Shown here piece by piece: positions 38,076-47,889 of a stretch of DNA of 49,349 nt. Source of the stretch: a virus (lineage: Duplodnaviria; Caudoviricetes); IMG/VR virus record IMGVR_UViG_3300032290_001111, positions 1-49,349 of that record, one strand, 5' to 3'. The position numbers and the translations under genes are program-made. Each line of letters opens with the position of its first letter. The first letter of the stretch is position 1. The notes beneath the pieces are model-generated. The model saw only the letters and a list, made by a program, of their open reading frames with translations. It did not search any database and was not told the DNA's origin.

Positions 38076-39365
38076 CTATCTGCACGTGAACATGCAAATT
38101 TTCCCGAGGAAGTCGAATTCGAGCACATCACCGCGCGAACCGTCCCGGTTCTTGTCGATGGAAACCGTTCTCGACCCGTCCTCTTTCTCGGCGACGGTAA
38201 GAATGATGTTCGCGAAGTTCTCTTTCGCCTGCGACCAACGGGCTTTTACGTTTCCGTCCTTCCCCTCAGTTACCTGCGAGAGCAGAATGGTCGTGATTCC
38301 AAGCTCTCCTGCAACCTTCTTCCACTCCGAAGAGATCTCAGACAACCCCTCCTCCTTCGACATCTTCGGAGGAAGCGTCAGAAGCTCGTCGTAGTCGAGA
38401 ACCGCAAGGCCGAGCCCTCCGGCGCTTGCCGCCACCCTCGTCTTCTGCACGATGGACTCTATCGTGGCTGGCCGATCTTCGCGGAACTCGATCTTGCTAC
38501 TGCGGACGCGATCTGCCCCGTACTTGATAAGGCCCAGGCCGGACTTATCCGCGAGCAAATCGGAGCGCCCGCGAACGTAATCCTTGATGTTCTGCCGCCC
38601 GCACAACTGAATCAGCCTTGAGACCTGTTGCCGGACGGTCATCTCGTAAGTGTAGTAGGCGGTCCCGAGTGAATGCTTCCGGTCGAACGCCTCTGCGAGA
38701 TTTAACGCGAACGCGCTCTTGCCGCTTCCTCGCGCTCCGCGAATAAGGATCATGTCCCCCTGCTGGAACCCGCCGATGATTTCATCCAGCTTTGAGTAGC
38801 CAGTCGATCTCCCGAAAATAGCCACGTCGTTGTTTCCCTCGATGTCGGCCATGATCTCATCGACAGCGGACGCGGTTGTCTTCCTCTTCTGCCCTCCAGC
38901 GGACGTGATTCCAACGGAGGCTGCGGCGAAAGAAAGCTCCGATACTGCCGCGGCGGCGCTGCATGTGCCTGAATTGATCAATTCAAGGATCTCCGAGCAT
39001 GATGACCGGGTCACTCGAAGCACATGCATGTCTCTCACCGCCTCGATGTATTGCCTCACGTTCACCGCCGTAGCCATGAAGGTGTAGATATCCGATAGCT
39101 CTGAAAATCCGATGGTTGTCACTCCCTTGTCCCTTAAAAACTTGGCGAACACCACAGCATCAAGGCTGGCACCGATGGTGCAATTCCCATTTACGACGAA
39201 CTCCCTCATCATCGAATACATCGTCCTGTGCATGGCGTTCTGGCTAAACCACTCGTCGTTGCACCCTGCCTGCTCGGCGATAACCAGCGCGTGATGGGGG
39301 GCGTGCATGATGCACGACAGCACCGCCTTCTCTGAAACCTGGTCCGAAAATCTGTCGGGGCTCAT
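38076..39365 (-). CDS. dnaB: DnaB-like replicative helicase
   Basis: STGYSKLDEIIGGFQQGDMILI, GARGSGKS, YEMT, AVLDY, LSQ, DKNRDG. Confidence 0.9.
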   Translation of the reverse strand: MSPDRFSDQVSEKAVLSCIMHAPHHALVIAEQAGCNDEWFSQNAMHRTMYSMMREFVVNGNCTIGASLDAVVFAKFLRDKGVTTIGFSELSDIYTFMATAVNVRQYIEAVRDMHVLRVTRSSCSEILELINSGTCSAAAAVSELSFAAASVGITSAGGQKRKTTASAVDEIMADIEGNNDVAIFGRSTGYSKLDEIIGGFQQGDMILIRGARGSGKSAFALNLAEAFDRKHSLGTAYYTYEMTVRQQVSRLIQLCGRQNIKDYVRGRSDLLADKSGLGLIKYGADRVRSSKIEFREDRPATIESIVQKTRVAASAGGLGLAVLDYDELLTLPPKMSKEEGLSEISSEWKKVAGELGITTILLSQVTEGKDGNVKARWSQAKENFANIILTVAEKEDGSRTVSIDKNRDGSRGDVLEFDFLGKICMFTCR

Positions 39366-40228
39366 TTCGCGCCTCCTTGACTCATCAGCCGGGCCTCCAG
39401 CTCGCGCTGATACTGGTCCCGCTTCGCTTTCTCCTCCGCCTGCCGCTCGGCCGCGGTTCTCTGCGCCGACGCGACCACGGGGCTACTGGGCGCGCTGAAC
39501 CGCTCGAAATTCATCTTCCACGTCCGGGCGGCCGCCCTCCAGTCCTTCATCTTCACCCGCCCCAGCATCCATCCGCGCGCCGCGTGATGATTGATGAATG
39601 CCTCTGCCTGCCGTGCGGACTCTCCGTTCAGTCCGCTGGCCTTGAAAAAGTCTGCGACGTCGTCCTGCCGCGGAGGGGAGAACCGACGGGGCGGTGCGTC
39701 CAGCAAAAGGGGGTCGGCGGAATTAGGGGATTTGTTACTGCATTTTGTTTCTACGGTCCTGGTTTCCTCCCTTCCTCCTTGCCCAACCCCTTCCATCCCA
39801 AGATCATTATTACTACATTCAGTCTTACTGCTATCCTTCTTACTATGATACCGATTTTCAAGATCTTGATTTTCAGGATCTAGCTTTTCAAGATCTTGAT
39901 TTTCAGGATCTAGCTTTGGGAATGAGGCAATATCTGAAACATGAAGCACCCATGATGACACCCTGCCGCCATCCCTCTGCTGGACCAGCTTTGCGTATCC
40001 AGCCTTCCGTAATTCCAGAAGAGCTGCGCGAACTGAGTGCTTTCCGTCAGTAGCGCGGTTGAGTAGATCGCTGACACGCACCTTCCATCCGTCCGGCTTG
40101 CTGAGGATGTATGATAAGATGCCCTTAGCTCCCCAAGACAGGCCGGGATCATCTAGTAGGGTTCTTGGTATTCTTGCAAACGGGTCCAGCTTGCCCGCGA
40201 GTCTGATAATTGTAGAGTTGGTTTCCAT
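39362..40228 (-). CDS. Replication initiator protein
   Basis: LSWGAKGILSYILSKPDGW HTH; internal iterons; C-terminal GW..MKDWRAAARTW; directly upstream of helicase. Confidence 0.85.
   Translation of the reverse strand: METNSTIIRLAGKLDPFARIPRTLLDDPGLSWGAKGILSYILSKPDGWKVRVSDLLNRATDGKHSVRAALLELRKAGYAKLVQQRDGGRVSSWVLHVSDIASFPKLDPENQDLEKLDPENQDLENRYHSKKDSSKTECSNNDLGMEGVGQGGREETRTVETKCSNKSPNSADPLLLDAPPRRFSPPRQDDVADFFKASGLNGESARQAEAFINHHAARGWMLGRVKMKDWRAAARTWKMNFERFSAPSSPVVASAQRTAAERQAEEKAKRDQYQRELEARLMSQGGAK
39855..39914. repeat. Iteron array / replication origin: 2 x 30 bp = 4 x TTTTCA(A/G)GATCT
   Basis: Perfect tandem TTTTCAAGATCTTGATTTTCAGGATCTAGC x2 inside the initiator gene, next to an AT-rich tract. 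Confidence 0.85.
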
Positions 40229-40507
40229 TGAATTTTAGGCACAAAAAAGAACAGAACCCAACGACCACCCTGAAAAGTGGCACATGAAGCAGCCAAGTAG
40301 CCGCTGGATTCTGTTCTCTGAATTTCTCATGTTTTGATGTTTGATGGGCTTTTCAGTTCCCATATCGGTTGCCCGATGCGTAAAGAAATTGCAGAATGAA
40401 TCCCTCCGGTCAACAATTATTTTCTTGCGCTTTGTCGGCGCAGATGCCAAAACCCCGATCGCTCGCGACAAGTTTGTGAGCGGCTTACACTGAAAATAAA
40501 CCATACA

Positions 40508-41236
40508 ATGAACCTGATTAAAACACACACCCCCGACAGCCAAATCGTGCTGTCAGAATCCGCCACAGAGGCGAAGAAAACACTGATCCTCGCGTCATCC
40601 GAGATCGTATCCGTAGCATCCGCCGAGGAATCGAAAACCGCACGGGAGTTGATCGCTCGACTCGACCTTCACTTGAAGGATTTCGAGAAGGCGCGAGTCG
40701 CCGCCAAAGCACCATTCCTGGAGATCTGCCAGAAAATCGACGCCCTCAACCGCGACCACTCAACCTCGCTGGCTGCTGAAAGGAAGCGACTGTCCGACAT
40801 GGCTGCCAAATACGAGGCCGACGTTCAGCGAAAGGCCCAGGAGGCGGCCGCCAAGGCCCGCGCTGAAGCCGAAAAGCTGGAGCGGGATCGCCTTGCCGCA
40901 ATCGCCGAGGCAGAGCAGAAGAAGCGCGACGCGGAGAAGTCCGGAGACGCCATCGCCGCACTTGAAGCCGAGATTGCCGCCGAGACGGCGAAGGAGCAGC
41001 AGCCGGTCGCGAAAGGGTTTGCGTATCTGGACTCAAGACCTAAACCTGCGCCGGGAGTCGGCACCGAAACCGTGATCGAAATCACGGACATCAAAGCACT
41101 CTACGCCGAGTTTCCGATGTTCGTCCGGCTTGAGCCCGAGCTTGCGATGATCCGCGCCGCAGTGAAGGCCGGGCAGAAGCTCCCAGGGGTTCTCGTGACC
41201 GAGAAACCCGTGATTTCGAAAAGGAGGGGAGCATGA
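40508..41236 (+). CDS. Coiled-coil recombination-module protein (Gp157-like)
   Basis: ARVAAKAPFL..KID; C-terminal IRAAVKAGQKLPGV. Confidence 0.6.
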   Translation: MNLIKTHTPDSQIVLSESATEAKKTLILASSEIVSVASAEESKTARELIARLDLHLKDFEKARVAAKAPFLEICQKIDALNRDHSTSLAAERKRLSDMAAKYEADVQRKAQEAAAKARAEAEKLERDRLAAIAEAEQKKRDAEKSGDAIAALEAEIAAETAKEQQPVAKGFAYLDSRPKPAPGVGTETVIEITDIKALYAEFPMFVRLEPELAMIRAAVKAGQKLPGVLVTEKPVISKRRGA

Positions 41237-41763
41237 ATCAAACACAACGCCAATTCCTGCTCAGCTCTATCGAGTCTCAGTATAAGGCCGAGATACATGC
41301 CTTACGCAAAGCGAAACCCGTTGAGCCCAGCCTCAATAACTACCTAATCGCATCGATCCTCGACGGAACCTTCAAAATGAAGGATCAAGGCGCGGTGCGC
41401 GAAGCAATCCGTGAGCGCACGATCAAGCTCGGCAAGAAGGAGGCGCTCCTTTGCGGCTCCGCTGACGTATGGGGTCATCGCGGCCTGCAAGATGAGGACA
41501 CCGAGGAGAAATTCATCAAGGTTCCCGTGGGCATAATTTTCGAGCTCCCTGAGCGATATATTTCTGAGAAGAAGAAGTATGACTCCGAGATGGAGGAGTG
41601 GACGGAACGTGAGCGGCTCCTTACGTCCTCGTTTGAGGCCATGAAGATCAAGGTTCAGCTCGGGAGTGACAAGGCACTTCAATCTCTTGTGGATCAAGCC
41701 GACTCACTTTGCTCTATGTCGCTGACCGACTCCTCGAAGCTCTTCATCACAAACACCAAGTAA
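41233..41763 (+). CDS. Hypothetical protein
   Basis: ATGA overlap, RBS. Confidence 0.6.
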   Translation: MNQTQRQFLLSSIESQYKAEIHALRKAKPVEPSLNNYLIASILDGTFKMKDQGAVREAIRERTIKLGKKEALLCGSADVWGHRGLQDEDTEEKFIKVPVGIIFELPERYISEKKKYDSEMEEWTERERLLTSSFEAMKIKVQLGSDKALQSLVDQADSLCSMSLTDSSKLFITNTK

Positions 41764-41764
41764 C

Positions 41765-42082
41765 ATGGCACAACAACGCGACAATAGCGGCTCCTCGTTC
41801 CCGAACGACCGACGCCGCGAAGGGAAGAATGACCCGAACATCACAGGCTCCATCATGGTTGATGGCGCGGAATACTGGCTCGACACATGGGTCAAAAATC
41901 ACCCGAGGCAGCCAGGATACGACCCAAACAAAAAGACGTGGTATTCCCATAGTCTCCGACGCAAAGATTCACAGCGGCAGAACCGCAGAGAGGCAGCGCC
42001 GAGGCGACAAGCAGCGCCTCCGCCACCTCCGCCGTCAGACAATAACGGAGACCTCCACCCCGAAGAACAAGGCTGGAAATAA
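41765..42082 (+). CDS. Small single-stranded DNA-binding protein-like
   Basis: NSGSSFPND..DPNITGSIMVDGAEYWLDTW OB-like pattern with Pro/acidic tail. Confidence 0.65.
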   Translation: MAQQRDNSGSSFPNDRRREGKNDPNITGSIMVDGAEYWLDTWVKNHPRQPGYDPNKKTWYSHSLRRKDSQRQNRREAAPRRQAAPPPPPPSDNNGDLHPEEQGWK

Positions 42083-42088
42083 CGCACT

Positions 42089-43180
42089 ATGAACGAAAAC
42101 ACATCACTAATGACAATCGACACCATCGCCGCCATCGCCGAGAGATTCTCGCGAAGCGGCTTGATGGGAAAAGCGAGCCCTGACGCTGTCTTCGGGCTCA
42201 TGATGCTCTGCCAGAGCGAGGGGATCACACCCATCGCCGCGCTGAAGCGATATCACATCATCGAAGGAAAGCCATCCATGCGATCCGATGCAATGCTGGC
42301 GGAGTTCCTGCATGACGGAGGGCGCGTGATATTCCACGTCCGCGATGACGCGATGGTTGGCGCTACGTTCCTATCGAAATCCGCCCCCCAGGCTCAGGAG
42401 GCAGTCGATCGCGCTGGCCAACGGTTCATCGCCGTTTGGAAGCTGATGTCCGCGCCGGAAGGCCACCGGACCGAGCTCTACACCGCAATCGCCAAGCTGT
42501 CACACCCCGGAGAGGAGACGATCGTTCGCACGTTCGCGGACTGTCAGGCCAAGGGACTCACGGACGGCAACGATGGTAGTCTAAAAAAGAACTGGGCTAC
42601 GTCGCCACGCCAGATGTTGACCGCGCGCGTCATTACGGAGGGAATCAGGCTCGTAGCGCCGCAGCTCGTCACCGGAGTCTATACTCCGGAGGAGATCACG
42701 GATACGCTGGAGGTCATCACAAAGCATGCCGACAGCCCAAGAGGGAGCGCGGCGGAGCTTCGTAAGGCAGCCCTTGAGGAAAGCGACCCGGAGAAGCGTC
42801 GGCAATTACTCGGCGCTGCATCTGACCTCGCCCACAGCGAATCTACCGAGGAGCCAGCCGCAGTGCTTGTTCTCGAACAGGACGACATTCCCATGAATCA
42901 CGCGGAGCTAGCGAAGGTCAAAGAAGTGAAGCAGAGGTCCGCTCCTGAGCCATCGCCCGAGCCAGCAGCCCCGCTCCAGATCGGAGTCCCGTGGAGGGAT
43001 TACGTTGTGACGGAGCTAAAGAACAAGGCCATGCACGGCAAAAAGCTCGGGTCGCTATCCAGGCAGGAAGTGGAGATTCTTCACCGGACCCGCTGCACGC
43101 CATTCCTGAAATCCGACAACGAGGGACTACGGCTTGAAGCGGAGAAGATCCTGGAGGCTCACGAATCATTCGCACCTTAA
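42089..43180 (+). CDS. RecT/Redbeta-like single-strand annealing protein
   Basis: YHIIEGKPSMRSDAMLA, NWATSPRQMLTAR, GVYTPEE. Confidence 0.8.
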   Translation: MNENTSLMTIDTIAAIAERFSRSGLMGKASPDAVFGLMMLCQSEGITPIAALKRYHIIEGKPSMRSDAMLAEFLHDGGRVIFHVRDDAMVGATFLSKSAPQAQEAVDRAGQRFIAVWKLMSAPEGHRTELYTAIAKLSHPGEETIVRTFADCQAKGLTDGNDGSLKKNWATSPRQMLTARVITEGIRLVAPQLVTGVYTPEEITDTLEVITKHADSPRGSAAELRKAALEESDPEKRRQLLGAASDLAHSESTEEPAAVLVLEQDDIPMNHAELAKVKEVKQRSAPEPSPEPAAPLQIGVPWRDYVVTELKNKAMHGKKLGSLSRQEVEILHRTRCTPFLKSDNEGLRLEAEKILEAHESFAP

Positions 43181-43190
43181 TACCAGCCAA

Positions 43191-43484
43191 GTGCCAAAGC
43201 CTACCAAATTAGTAAATTCGCGCAAGACGCGATCCGGACGCTCGGCGCAGCAACCAGCAAGCCTCCTTCGTCGCCGCTACGTCCGCACCGTGAAAATCGG
43301 GGACAAGTGGAACACCTACCTGCAAATAGACCATCAGGGATTCTGCGTCGTGGAGCAAACCTGCCGTCAGCGGGCGCAATGGTTCGGTAAAATGCTGGCC
43401 GTCGCGCTCGAACGGATGCTGGCGGCTAACGTAGAGCGCAGCGGCGGAACGTCCGCTGCCGTGACTGGTTCGCCAACTTTATGA
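43191..43484 (+). CDS. Hypothetical protein reading through attC-like site A
   Basis: GTG start; ATGA overlap with next ORF. Confidence 0.5.
   Translation: MPKPTKLVNSRKTRSGRSAQQPASLLRRRYVRTVKIGDKWNTYLQIDHQGFCVVEQTCRQRAQWFGKMLAVALERMLAANVERSGGTSAAVTGSPTL
43424..43474 (-). mobile_element. attC-like site A
   Basis: Minus strand GGCGAAC-cagtc-ACGGCAGC-ggacgttccgcc-GCTGCGC-tctac-GTTAGCC; short (51 bp). Confidence 0.7.
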
Positions 43485-44852
43485 ACTCGCTCGAAGTAAT
43501 CAATGCCGAGAAACGCGCCTACGAGAAAGCGTGGAGATTGAAGAACATCGAAAGGTGTCGGCAATACTCGCGTGACAGCTACGCGAAGAATAAGGAACGC
43601 CGCCGCGAATATCGTTCCAAGTGGAACAAGGCAAATCGCGCAAAGAAGAATGCCATAAATAAGCGGTGGCGCGAACGACACCCGGATGTCGTGAAGGAAT
43701 GTAACCGCCGAGAAATCGAGAACCTGTCTGCGGCGTATGTGGCCAAGAAAATGCGCCTCCGTGTTGGCGAGTGTCCTCCCGAGCTTATCGAACTGAAACG
43801 AACCCATATCCAACTTAAAAGACAACTACGAAAAACAAAATGACGACACCAACGAACATGCAAGAACTCCGCGCCGTGCTCTGCGAGACAATCGCAGCCG
43901 TTCGCGCAAGAGAAATTACACCCGACGCGGCGGAAGCCGTGAGTAATGCCAGCGGCAAAATAGTCGCGAGTTTTAGGGTTGAACTCGAATACCGAAGGAT
44001 GCGCGGGGAAGTGCCAACACTCGGTTTTATGGAGGGCGCGAAATGACCAAGGAACAAGAAGACACGCTGCTTGATGACGCTAAACCTGCAAAGTCTTATG
44101 GGGTTAATCCAGCCAACACTCCGCGCACCGATGCGGCAACGATTCCTTGCGGATGGGACACAACGGACCCCGTAGTTAAAAAAACCTTCGCGCAAAAATT
44201 AGAACAGGAATTAAACGAATCTCGAATTGCGCTGGAGAGCATGGGTGAAATCGCAGGTTCCTCAGCAGAGGAAATCGAAGGGGCATTGAATCTCGTGAAT
44301 GCAGACTGTCCGGCAATGGATAGGTTCACGAACATTATTCCAACAGTGAATTGGCTTTTGCAAAAATGGAAAGAATGTCGCGAGGCTTGGAATAACGCGG
44401 ACAGCTTGGCTAAAAAGAAAATGCAAGCAAACCACCGACTGCAAGACGAGAACGCGAAACTTAACATATATTCGCAACGGCTAAGAGATGCCATAGCATC
44501 GTTGATTTACAGCGCAGAAGAAGCGGCAAAATTGATTGTTTCCGTAACTGACAGATACGACATTGACGCGGCGATTGATGCAGCAAAAGCGGTGCTGGCA
44601 AATAAGGTTTCAAATTGGGCCGATGAATCAATGGCGATGCAACGCAACTGGTGGGTGAACGTCTATCCAGATGGGAGCATTTCATCCGCTCTGTGTCGGA
44701 CCCGTGAGGATGCGATGAATCGGAGCACCTACACAGGAGAGACTCCAGACGCGATGCAGGTTGAAGTAACGCTGCACATTGTGCGGCGGGCGAACGAGCC
44801 AAGCTCAGAGACAGGCTCGGCGGGGAAACCTTTAACCGGGCGAGGCGCGTGA
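43481..44852 (+). CDS. Three cassette-borne hypothetical genes (43481-43843, 43840-44046, 44043-44852)
   Basis: Coupled ORFs, visibly more AT-rich than flanks, lying between attC-like sites. Confidence 0.65.
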
Positions 44853-44887
44853 GCGCCGAGCCTGTTCTCTGCAGCGCCTGGTTAGGG
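44789..44887 (-). mobile_element. attC-like site B
   Basis: Minus strand CCCTAAC-caggc-GCTGCAGA-gaacaggctcggcg...cgccgagcctgtc-TCTGAGC-ttggctc-GTTCGCC, extrahelical base in L''. Confidence 0.85.
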
Positions 44888-44961
44888 CGCTTTAACCGTC
44901 GCTCGCAGAGTTCTGCGGGGTGGGCGGAGTTCCAACAACCAACGCCGAAAGGCCACAAAAA

Positions 44962-45327
44962 ATGAAAATGAAACGACTCGGAAAACAGACCAAATCAGGA
45001 CGCGGCTTCCCGCTCGTGGAGTTCAAGGACTTCTACGACGTGCCTTGCAGCATCCAAGCCAGCAGCCTCGCAATCTATCAGCAGCCCGGAACGTCGGCCA
45101 TATGGCTCGGCGTCGATGACGCGGCCCCGAAAATCATGAAGAGCGATGCGCTGAAACTCGGCATGGAACTCCCGCCGGGAGAAGTCAGCGGATGGATGCC
45201 ATTCCCGGTGCCGCCTCAAGTGTCGTTCAACACGCGGATGCACTTGGACCGCAAGCAAGTGCAGGCGCTCGTGAACCACCTGCAAGCGTGGCTCGAAAGC
45301 GAAACCGGACAACTCGCGGTAAAATGA
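44962..45327 (+). CDS. Cassette-borne conserved phage protein
   Basis: RGFPLVEFKDFYDVPCSIQASSLA...IWLG...RMHLDRKQV. Confidence 0.7.
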   Translation: MKMKRLGKQTKSGRGFPLVEFKDFYDVPCSIQASSLAIYQQPGTSAIWLGVDDAAPKIMKSDALKLGMELPPGEVSGWMPFPVPPQVSFNTRMHLDRKQVQALVNHLQAWLESETGQLAVK

Positions 45328-45401
45328 ACGCCACGCACTGGAGCGGTAGCTCGCGGGCGGCGGGGGTGGCTTTTCCGTTGAGCAAAACGTCGGACGAAAA
45401 G

Positions 45402-45443
45402 AAGCGCCCTAACAAGGATTAGGCGAACAGCCGTTCGTATAAT
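45402..45443 (-). mobile_element. attI-like array-start site
   Basis: Minus strand ...gttcgcctaatcctt-GTTAGGGCGCTT; 12-bp complement of the R'' flank of site B; no attC fold. Confidence 0.5.
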
Positions 45444-46046
45444 ATGAGAGCACGAACTTTTAACTACGCGATAAATCTACTGCGCGGTTTGGGGCTGAAA
45501 TGCGAAGATTGCAGCATGGCCATCGACTTCACCAATGAGGAGATTCTCTCGGACACATGGGTGGAATACAGATTGATTGGTACCTGTAAGTGCGGCGCAT
45601 CAAGGGCCGCCTACAGGGAGTCGGAAGAGACACGCCGCATCATCAACCGCGACTACACCCAGGTTGCTCAAGAGCTCCTTAGGGTCTGCAAGCCGTCGCT
45701 GTTCCGCCCGACGCGACCGAGGGTGCCGGATTTCTACCCGGCGCAGTTTGATCTCCCATATCGTGGGATATTTGATGATGATTCGACACCAAATTCTGCG
45801 CCGAAAAACGATGAGTTCACCAGCGTGCGAAAATACGTCGATTATTCCAGTGTTCGCGACTACGCCGATTCAGATATTTACGCCATGTCCGAGATCGAGA
45901 GGCGGTATTCCGAAGCGACTAGATGGCTCGCGGGGAAGATGGCGGAATACATTGTCGATACCGTGAATCCCGCCATCAAGCAGCCCGCCCCTCCTGTGAA
46001 GATCCCGCAAAAGGAAGAGCCCCGGAAGATCTCGTGGGAGGTGTAG
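45444..46046 (+). CDS. Hypothetical protein with zinc ribbon
   Basis: CEDC..CKC; convergent with terL. Confidence 0.55.
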   Translation: MRARTFNYAINLLRGLGLKCEDCSMAIDFTNEEILSDTWVEYRLIGTCKCGASRAAYRESEETRRIINRDYTQVAQELLRVCKPSLFRPTRPRVPDFYPAQFDLPYRGIFDDDSTPNSAPKNDEFTSVRKYVDYSSVRDYADSDIYAMSEIERRYSEATRWLAGKMAEYIVDTVNPAIKQPAPPVKIPQKEEPRKISWEV

Positions 46047-46047
46047 C

Positions 46048-47889
46048 CTACTGGACGTTGGCGGCCGTCGTTTCCTCTGGCATGGACAGGAGTCCTTTTT
46101 GAAGGGCGCGGATTGCAACATGGCTCTCGCAGTCGGCGAGATGGTTCTCCTGATGGAGTTCGACCCACGTCCACTCGATCTTGCCCGTCCTCTTGTTTTT
46201 CTGCTGCCGCTTCACGCGCGAGTTCAGGTGCCGCTGATACCGGTCGCTGACGTTGATCGAAGCGTGCCAGATCACGGGGTTGGCATATCGGAGACTGGAG
46301 ACCAGATCCAGCGCCCCGTTCTTCGAGAACTTCACGAACCGCACGCGCTGCGCAGTCCTGTTCTCCCATGCGGTCCCGAGCAGCGGGTCGCGGAACTGGA
46401 CCTGTGAGTAAATCCTTGTCGTGCGGGTATGGTTCGGGCCGGGGTGGTAGAACTCCTTGGTATTGCTGCCCCAGATGCCACGCCAGCCGTAATCGAGGAT
46501 GATGCGCCCGACAGCGTTCGGGCGGTGGGCCATGTCTACGGTGACGTCCTCGTCCGCGACCCCATACTCCAACTGCAACTTCTTGAGGTCGTCCTCGGTG
46601 TCCACGCGGTCGGCAAAGACCAGCCAGCTCTCGCCGTTCGGCTTCTGCGGAGTTGGCTTGAGGAATTTCCGGATAAGCGCCCAGTAGTGCCCCTCCTGCG
46701 CGTCGATGGCCATGAGCGGAACGGAATCCTCCGGGGTGGAGGTGATTTCCTCCAGCGGGATTTCCTTGTGGTCGTATCCACGGGACTCATCCCACGGCTC
46801 CGCAAGCCAGGAGTTCACGAAGTTCTGACGGTCCTTCAGTAGTCTGGCGGTGAGGAACTGCACGGCGCACGCGCCCAGCGAAGTCTGCTGCGAGAGGATC
46901 GAGTAAAGCGAGCTGAGGTGGTACCCGTAAGAGCCCGCGCGCGCATCCGTCCTTGTCGGGGTCCAGATGCCCTCCCCGACCATCAGTTGGCGCTCCGGCT
47001 CGGAAATCTCACCGCCGCACTCCTGGCAGCGGTAGAATGCGTTCGCCATCACCTTCTCCATGTCCCATGCGTCGTCCTTCTTCGCCTCGTCTGGATGCTC
47101 CCTCCACCACCGGATGCCGCAATCCCCGTGCTCTTCGCTCTTGACCGTGAAGAGCAGCTTGATGCGCCTCTCGCACCGCGGGCACGGCAGCATGAAGTTC
47201 CTCATGTCTGTCTTCTGGAACTCCTCCCAGATCATTCGATTCGCCAGCGTAGGGGTCGATGCCTTGACGATCAGAGGAAACGGATAGGACTTCGTGCGCT
47301 CCTCGGCGAGCTGGATTGCTGCCGCCTCATACTGCGACTCCTCGCCGAACTTGTCCGTCTCGTCCATCCACAGCGCGCCTACGGGGCGGGAAGAAAGGTT
47401 GGCCGGGGAGTTGGATCCCACGAAGTTGAGCACCATCGACTTGAAGTGCTGCTCCGTAAATCCGAACAGGTGCTTGTCGATCTCCCCCGAGGATGTCTTC
47501 GGGATCTGCTGCAAGGCAGCCTGACAAGCCCTGACCTGCTTCTGCCACCGCGACTTCGAGAATGACTTCGCAAGGTCTCCGTTCGGAAGGACCCACATGG
47601 CGTCCTGCGGGTCGCGGCAGAGGACGTAGAGCATCCCGAACTGCATGAAAGACGTTTTTCCGCTCTGAGTGCCCTGAACCATGACGACGTTCCTCGTGCT
47701 CTTGTCCCCGAGTCGCTCCAGTGGCTCACGCAGGTATGGAGTGATCGACAGCGAGACATTGCCCTGGATCGCGCCGGTGGGGATGTAGCAGTTGCTCTCC
47801 ACCCACTCCACGACGCTCTCCTTTCGATGAGGGCGAAGCGCTTCAAATAACTGCTTTCGCAGTTCCTCCATCGCGGGATACTCGCTCAC
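46048..47889 (-). CDS. terL: Terminase large subunit, lambda GpA family
   Basis: TPYLREP, GTQSGKT Walker A, WMDETDKF Walker B, STPT, zinc-binding CPRC/CQEC, AIDAQ, NHLADC; start probably GTG 47889. Confidence 0.93.
   Translation of the reverse strand: MSEYPAMEELRKQLFEALRPHRKESVVEWVESNCYIPTGAIQGNVSLSITPYLREPLERLGDKSTRNVVMVQGTQSGKTSFMQFGMLYVLCRDPQDAMWVLPNGDLAKSFSKSRWQKQVRACQAALQQIPKTSSGEIDKHLFGFTEQHFKSMVLNFVGSNSPANLSSRPVGALWMDETDKFGEESQYEAAAIQLAEERTKSYPFPLIVKASTPTLANRMIWEEFQKTDMRNFMLPCPRCERRIKLLFTVKSEEHGDCGIRWWREHPDEAKKDDAWDMEKVMANAFYRCQECGGEISEPERQLMVGEGIWTPTRTDARAGSYGYHLSSLYSILSQQTSLGACAVQFLTARLLKDRQNFVNSWLAEPWDESRGYDHKEIPLEEITSTPEDSVPLMAIDAQEGHYWALIRKFLKPTPQKPNGESWLVFADRVDTEDDLKKLQLEYGVADEDVTVDMAHRPNAVGRIILDYGWRGIWGSNTKEFYHPGPNHTRTTRIYSQVQFRDPLLGTAWENRTAQRVRFVKFSKNGALDLVSSLRYANPVIWHASINVSDRYQRHLNSRVKRQQKNKRTGKIEWTWVELHQENHLADCESHVAIRALQKGLLSMPEETTAANVQ

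Noticed and set aside
43230-43263. Possible third degenerate attC (minus strand GGCTTGC-tggtt-GCTGCGCC)
   Set aside because: Lacks the invariant AAC and a clear partner arm; at most a relic
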